This document shows, in pieces, positions 8,180 through 10,295 of a DNA stretch of 10,295 nt. Origin of the DNA: Candidatus Hydrogenedentota bacterium (lineage in GTDB: Bacteria; Hydrogenedentota; Hydrogenedentia; Hydrogenedentales; JAEUWI01); NCBI GenBank assembly GCA_034669905.1, contig JAXMOL010000093.1, positions 1-10,295 of the forward strand, given 5' to 3'. Every line of letters starts with the position of its first letter. Within the stretch, counting starts at the first letter, position 1. The notes beneath the pieces are model-generated. The model made no database searches. It saw nothing but the letters and a program-made list of their open reading frames with translations, and was not told where the DNA came from. Position numbers and translations under genes: made by a program.

Positions 8180-9559
8180 TCAATCGGACTGGGCCGGAAT
8201 GTCATACTCTTTCATCTTTCGCCACAAGGTCGAACGGGAAATACCCAGCAATTTTGCCGCCTGGGTCTGGTTCCCTTCCAGGGCCACCAGGGTATTCCGG
8301 ATATGGTCCGCTTCCAGATCGGCCAGCGACTGGATCGGGGTCACATTCCGCTCGTGGGTCAGCCGCAGGCGTGGCTTCAGCCCAAATTGGACCTGCTCCG
8401 GCAAATCGGCCGCCCGGATGATGGGGCCCTCGGACATGATGACCGCGTGGGCCACAATGGTCTCCAGCTCCCGTACGTTGCCCGGGTATTCATAGTCCAT
8501 CAACAGGGCCCGGCTCTGATCGTCAAATTCACGGACGTCCCGGTTGTATTGCTGGTTGGCCCGGCGCAAAAAGTGGCTCATGAGGCTGGGCAGGGCCTCC
8601 ATCCGCTCTCGTAAGGGCGGAATCCGTATCTGGACCACGTTCAGGCGGAAATAGAGATCTTCGCGGAAGGTATTGTCGGCCACGGCCTGCACCAGATCCC
8701 GGTTGGTGGCCGCCAGCACCCGCACATTCACCCGGGAAGACGTGCTTGCGCCCACCCGCCGGATGTCGCCATTCTGCAATACGCGGAGCAGCTTCGCCTG
8801 CGTTACCGGGGCCATATCGCCGATTTCATCGAGAAAGATCGTGCCCCCGTCGGCCTCCTCAAAGAGCCCCACCTTGTCATGGGTCGCGCCGGTGAAGGCC
8901 CCTTTGACATGGCCAAACATCTCGCTCTCCAGCAGGGCCTCGGGCAGGGCGGCGCAGTTAATGGCCACAAAGGCCTTGTTTCGCCGGTCGCTCAGGCGGT
9001 GTATGGTGTTGGCCAACACCTCTTTACCCGTGCCACTCTCCCCCAGCAACAGCACCGTGCCATCGGTGGGGGCCACCTTCTGGATGAGCCGCACCACCCG
9101 CTGCATCGCGGGACTCGAACCCACCACCTCTTCGAAGACACTTTGTTCATAGCGCTCCGCCGTGTGGGTCATGGCCCGTAAATGAAGGGCCTTGGAGACG
9201 GCCAACGCCACATCGGAGGGCGGGCTCGATTTGGGCAGGTAAAAGAAGGCCCCCTGGCGAATCCCTTCCAGGGCCGCCTCAATATCCCGCACGTCAAAAA
9301 GCAGGATGAGCTGGGCCTGGGGCGCCTGCTGCCGCACAAAGGACACCAGGTCCATATTGCCCGGCTCGTTCAGGTCCATATCTAAAATTATCGTATCAAA
9401 GGGTTTACGCCCTGTTCGGCGCAAGACCCCGGCCATATCATGACAGCGCTCGAGATCGTAATCGTCCACAGCGAGAAAGTCGCACAAGACCGTGCCATAG
9501 TCCGCATCGGGCGTGGCCACCAAGAGATGATGGGCTTTTGTACCGGCTATGCTCTTCAT
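8180..9559 (-). CDS. Sigma-54-dependent transcriptional activator, NtrC/AtoC type (receiver-like + AAA+ + Fis HTH), 459 aa
   Basis: Walker A GESGTGKE, intact GAFTGA, Walker B FLDEIGDM, FREDLYFRLN, YPGNVRELE and HTH GNQTQAAKLLGISRSTLWRKMKEY. Start reassigned to ATG 9559 (MKSIAG) because AGAGGAG (9573-9567) lies 7 nt upstream, and the ORF-track extension to 9751 merely translates a tandem repeat. Confidence 0.95.
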   Translation of the reverse strand: MKSIAGTKAHHLLVATPDADYGTVLCDFLAVDDYDLERCHDMAGVLRRTGRKPFDTIILDMDLNEPGNMDLVSFVRQQAPQAQLILLFDVRDIEAALEGIRQGAFFYLPKSSPPSDVALAVSKALHLRAMTHTAERYEQSVFEEVVGSSPAMQRVVRLIQKVAPTDGTVLLLGESGTGKEVLANTIHRLSDRRNKAFVAINCAALPEALLESEMFGHVKGAFTGATHDKVGLFEEADGGTIFLDEIGDMAPVTQAKLLRVLQNGDIRRVGASTSSRVNVRVLAATNRDLVQAVADNTFREDLYFRLNVVQIRIPPLRERMEALPSLMSHFLRRANQQYNRDVREFDDQSRALLMDYEYPGNVRELETIVAHAVIMSEGPIIRAADLPEQVQFGLKPRLRLTHERNVTPIQSLADLEADHIRNTLVALEGNQTQAAKLLGISRSTLWRKMKEYDIPAQSD

Positions 9560-9588
9560 TGCAACACTCCTCTTTTGCTCACGTGGGT

Positions 9589-9597
9589 AGTGTAGCA
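9589..9597 (-). promoter_or_regulatory. Possible extended -10 promoter element for the sigma-54 activator gene
   Basis: TG-C-TACACT about 30 nt upstream of ATG 9559; no convincing -35 element. Confidence 0.35.
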
Positions 9598-9643
9598 TAA
9601 TGAAGCACGGCGCCTGCAGAAAAACTTTCGTGCGAAGGTGCCG

Positions 9644-9734
9644 GCGGGCCGCCAGCGCTCCATAGATATTCCTTGGCCAGCGAGCCGCCGGTGCGCCATA
9701 GATATTCCCTGGCCAGCGGGCCGCGCGCGCCATA
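9644..9734. repeat. 36-bp tandem repeat, about 2.5 copies
   Basis: 9644-9679 and 9680-9715 match at 31/36 positions (core CCATAGATATTCCyTGGCCA). Partial third copy at 9716-9734. Confidence 0.9.
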
Positions 9735-9769
9735 AGGGGTGGGTCCTGCACTGAATTCCCCGGCGCACC

Positions 9770-9801
9770 AAAAAGCGCCCCGGGAGATTCCCGGGGCGCT
9801 T
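9770..9801 (-). terminator. Rho-independent terminator of the EG-repeat/EF-hand gene
   Basis: Perfect 13-bp inverted repeat AAGCGCCCCGGGA-gat-TCCCGGGGCGCTT (9773-9801), ending in U5 on the minus strand (9774-9770), about 35 nt after the stop at 9836. Confidence 0.85.
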
Positions 9802-9835
9802 GGCTACAAACGGATATTGATGGAGACCAACGGCG

Positions 9836-10294
9836 TTATCCTTCGGTCTCCGTATCCTCTGCAGAGGTCCAGCCCATCATGCGGGCCAGACGACGCTGGA
9901 TGGTATCGGCCCAGGCCAGGAGGTACAGCACCAACCCATAGGCGAAGAAGTCGCTGGCGGAATCGGGTGACATACATCCGCCGACGGGATTCGCACCCCG
10001 TAACTCCGCTTCGGACAGGAAACCGTCCTGGTTCGTGTCCATGGCTTCAAACTCTGCGTTGGTCATTCCCGGGAACCTTACGCGCGCTTCCTCGGGTGAA
10101 AGCAACCCGTCGCCGTTGATATCAAGGGCGTCGAAACTGCTGAGTAGAATTGCTGCGAAATCACCTTCACCTTCACCTTCACCTTCGCCTTCGCCTTCGC
10201 CTTCGCCTTCGCCTTCGCCTTCGCCTTCGCCTTCGCCTTCACCTTCACCTTCACCTTCACCTTCGCCTTCGCCTTCGCCTTCGCCTTCGCCTTC
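9836..10294 (-). CDS. C-terminal part (5'-truncated by the window) of a probable cell-surface protein: (EG)n linker, EF-hand pair, GGC + hydrophobic tail
   Basis: The frame is open from the window edge: (EG)22-DFAAILLSSFDALDINGDGLLSPEEARVRFPGMTNAEFEAMDTNQDGFLSEAELRGANPVGGCMSPDSASDFFAYGLVLYLLAWADTIQRRLARMMGWTSAEDTETEG*. It has two canonical 12-residue EF loops (DINGDGLLSPEE, DTNQDGFLSEAE) and is followed by a terminator. The ORF-track start at 10105 is an internal TTG. Confidence 0.88.
   Translation of the reverse strand, partial: EGEGEGEGEGEGEGEGEGEGEGEGEGEGEGEGEGEGEGEGEGEGDFAAILLSSFDALDINGDGLLSPEEARVRFPGMTNAEFEAMDTNQDGFLSEAELRGANPVGGCMSPDSASDFFAYGLVLYLLAWADTIQRRLARMMGWTSAEDTETEG
10163..10294 (-). 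repeat. Coding hexanucleotide microsatellite (GAAGGY)n encoding Glu-Gly, at least 22 units
   Basis: Plus strand reads (ACCTTC)4(GCCTTC)9(ACCTTC)4(GCCTTC)5 and runs off the window. The only variable base is the Gly wobble position in the EG frame. Confidence 0.97.
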
Positions 10295-10295
10295 G

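Noticed and set aside
9644..9734. 36-bp repeats as a mini CRISPR array
   Set aside because: The units are directly adjacent with no unique spacers, and there are no cas genes.
9560..9751. 64-aa N-terminal extension of the sigma-54 activator in the ORF track
   Set aside because: It translates the 36-bp tandem repeat (ARWPxNIYGA twice). A strong SD supports ATG 9559 instead.
10078..10260. 60-aa Lys-Ala/Lys-Val repeat ORF (histone-like appearance)
   Set aside because: Alternative frame of the same microsatellite. The variable base is synonymous in the EG frame, which continues into the EF-hand domain.

Overview
GC-rich bacterial chromosomal window in which all supported genes lie on the minus strand. 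In transcription order (right to left): the 3' end of a probable surface protein with a (Glu-Gly)n linker, two EF-hand loops and a Gly-Gly-Cys + hydrophobic C-terminal tail; a strong intrinsic terminator; a short 36-bp tandem repeat; an orphan NtrC-type sigma-54 activator with a degenerate receiver domain; a near-consensus sigma-70 promoter and a ~260-nt structured region (candidate 6S-like RNA plus an RBS-sequestering stem); rny (RNase Y); ymdB-like TIGR00282 phosphoesterase; smc; a GT4 glycosyltransferase whose start overlaps the smc stop; and a non-coding palindromic repeat region (REP/REPIN-like) running off the left edge. The protein genes are mostly housekeeping. I see no mobile element, CRISPR array or defence system, and no novel system can be established from the sequence alone. 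The best leads are the non-coding RNA structures around rny, the putative Cys-containing C-terminal sorting signal, the atypical receiver domain and the palindromic repeats. The EG-repeat protein suggests Candidatus Hydrogenedentes (from recollection, not verified).
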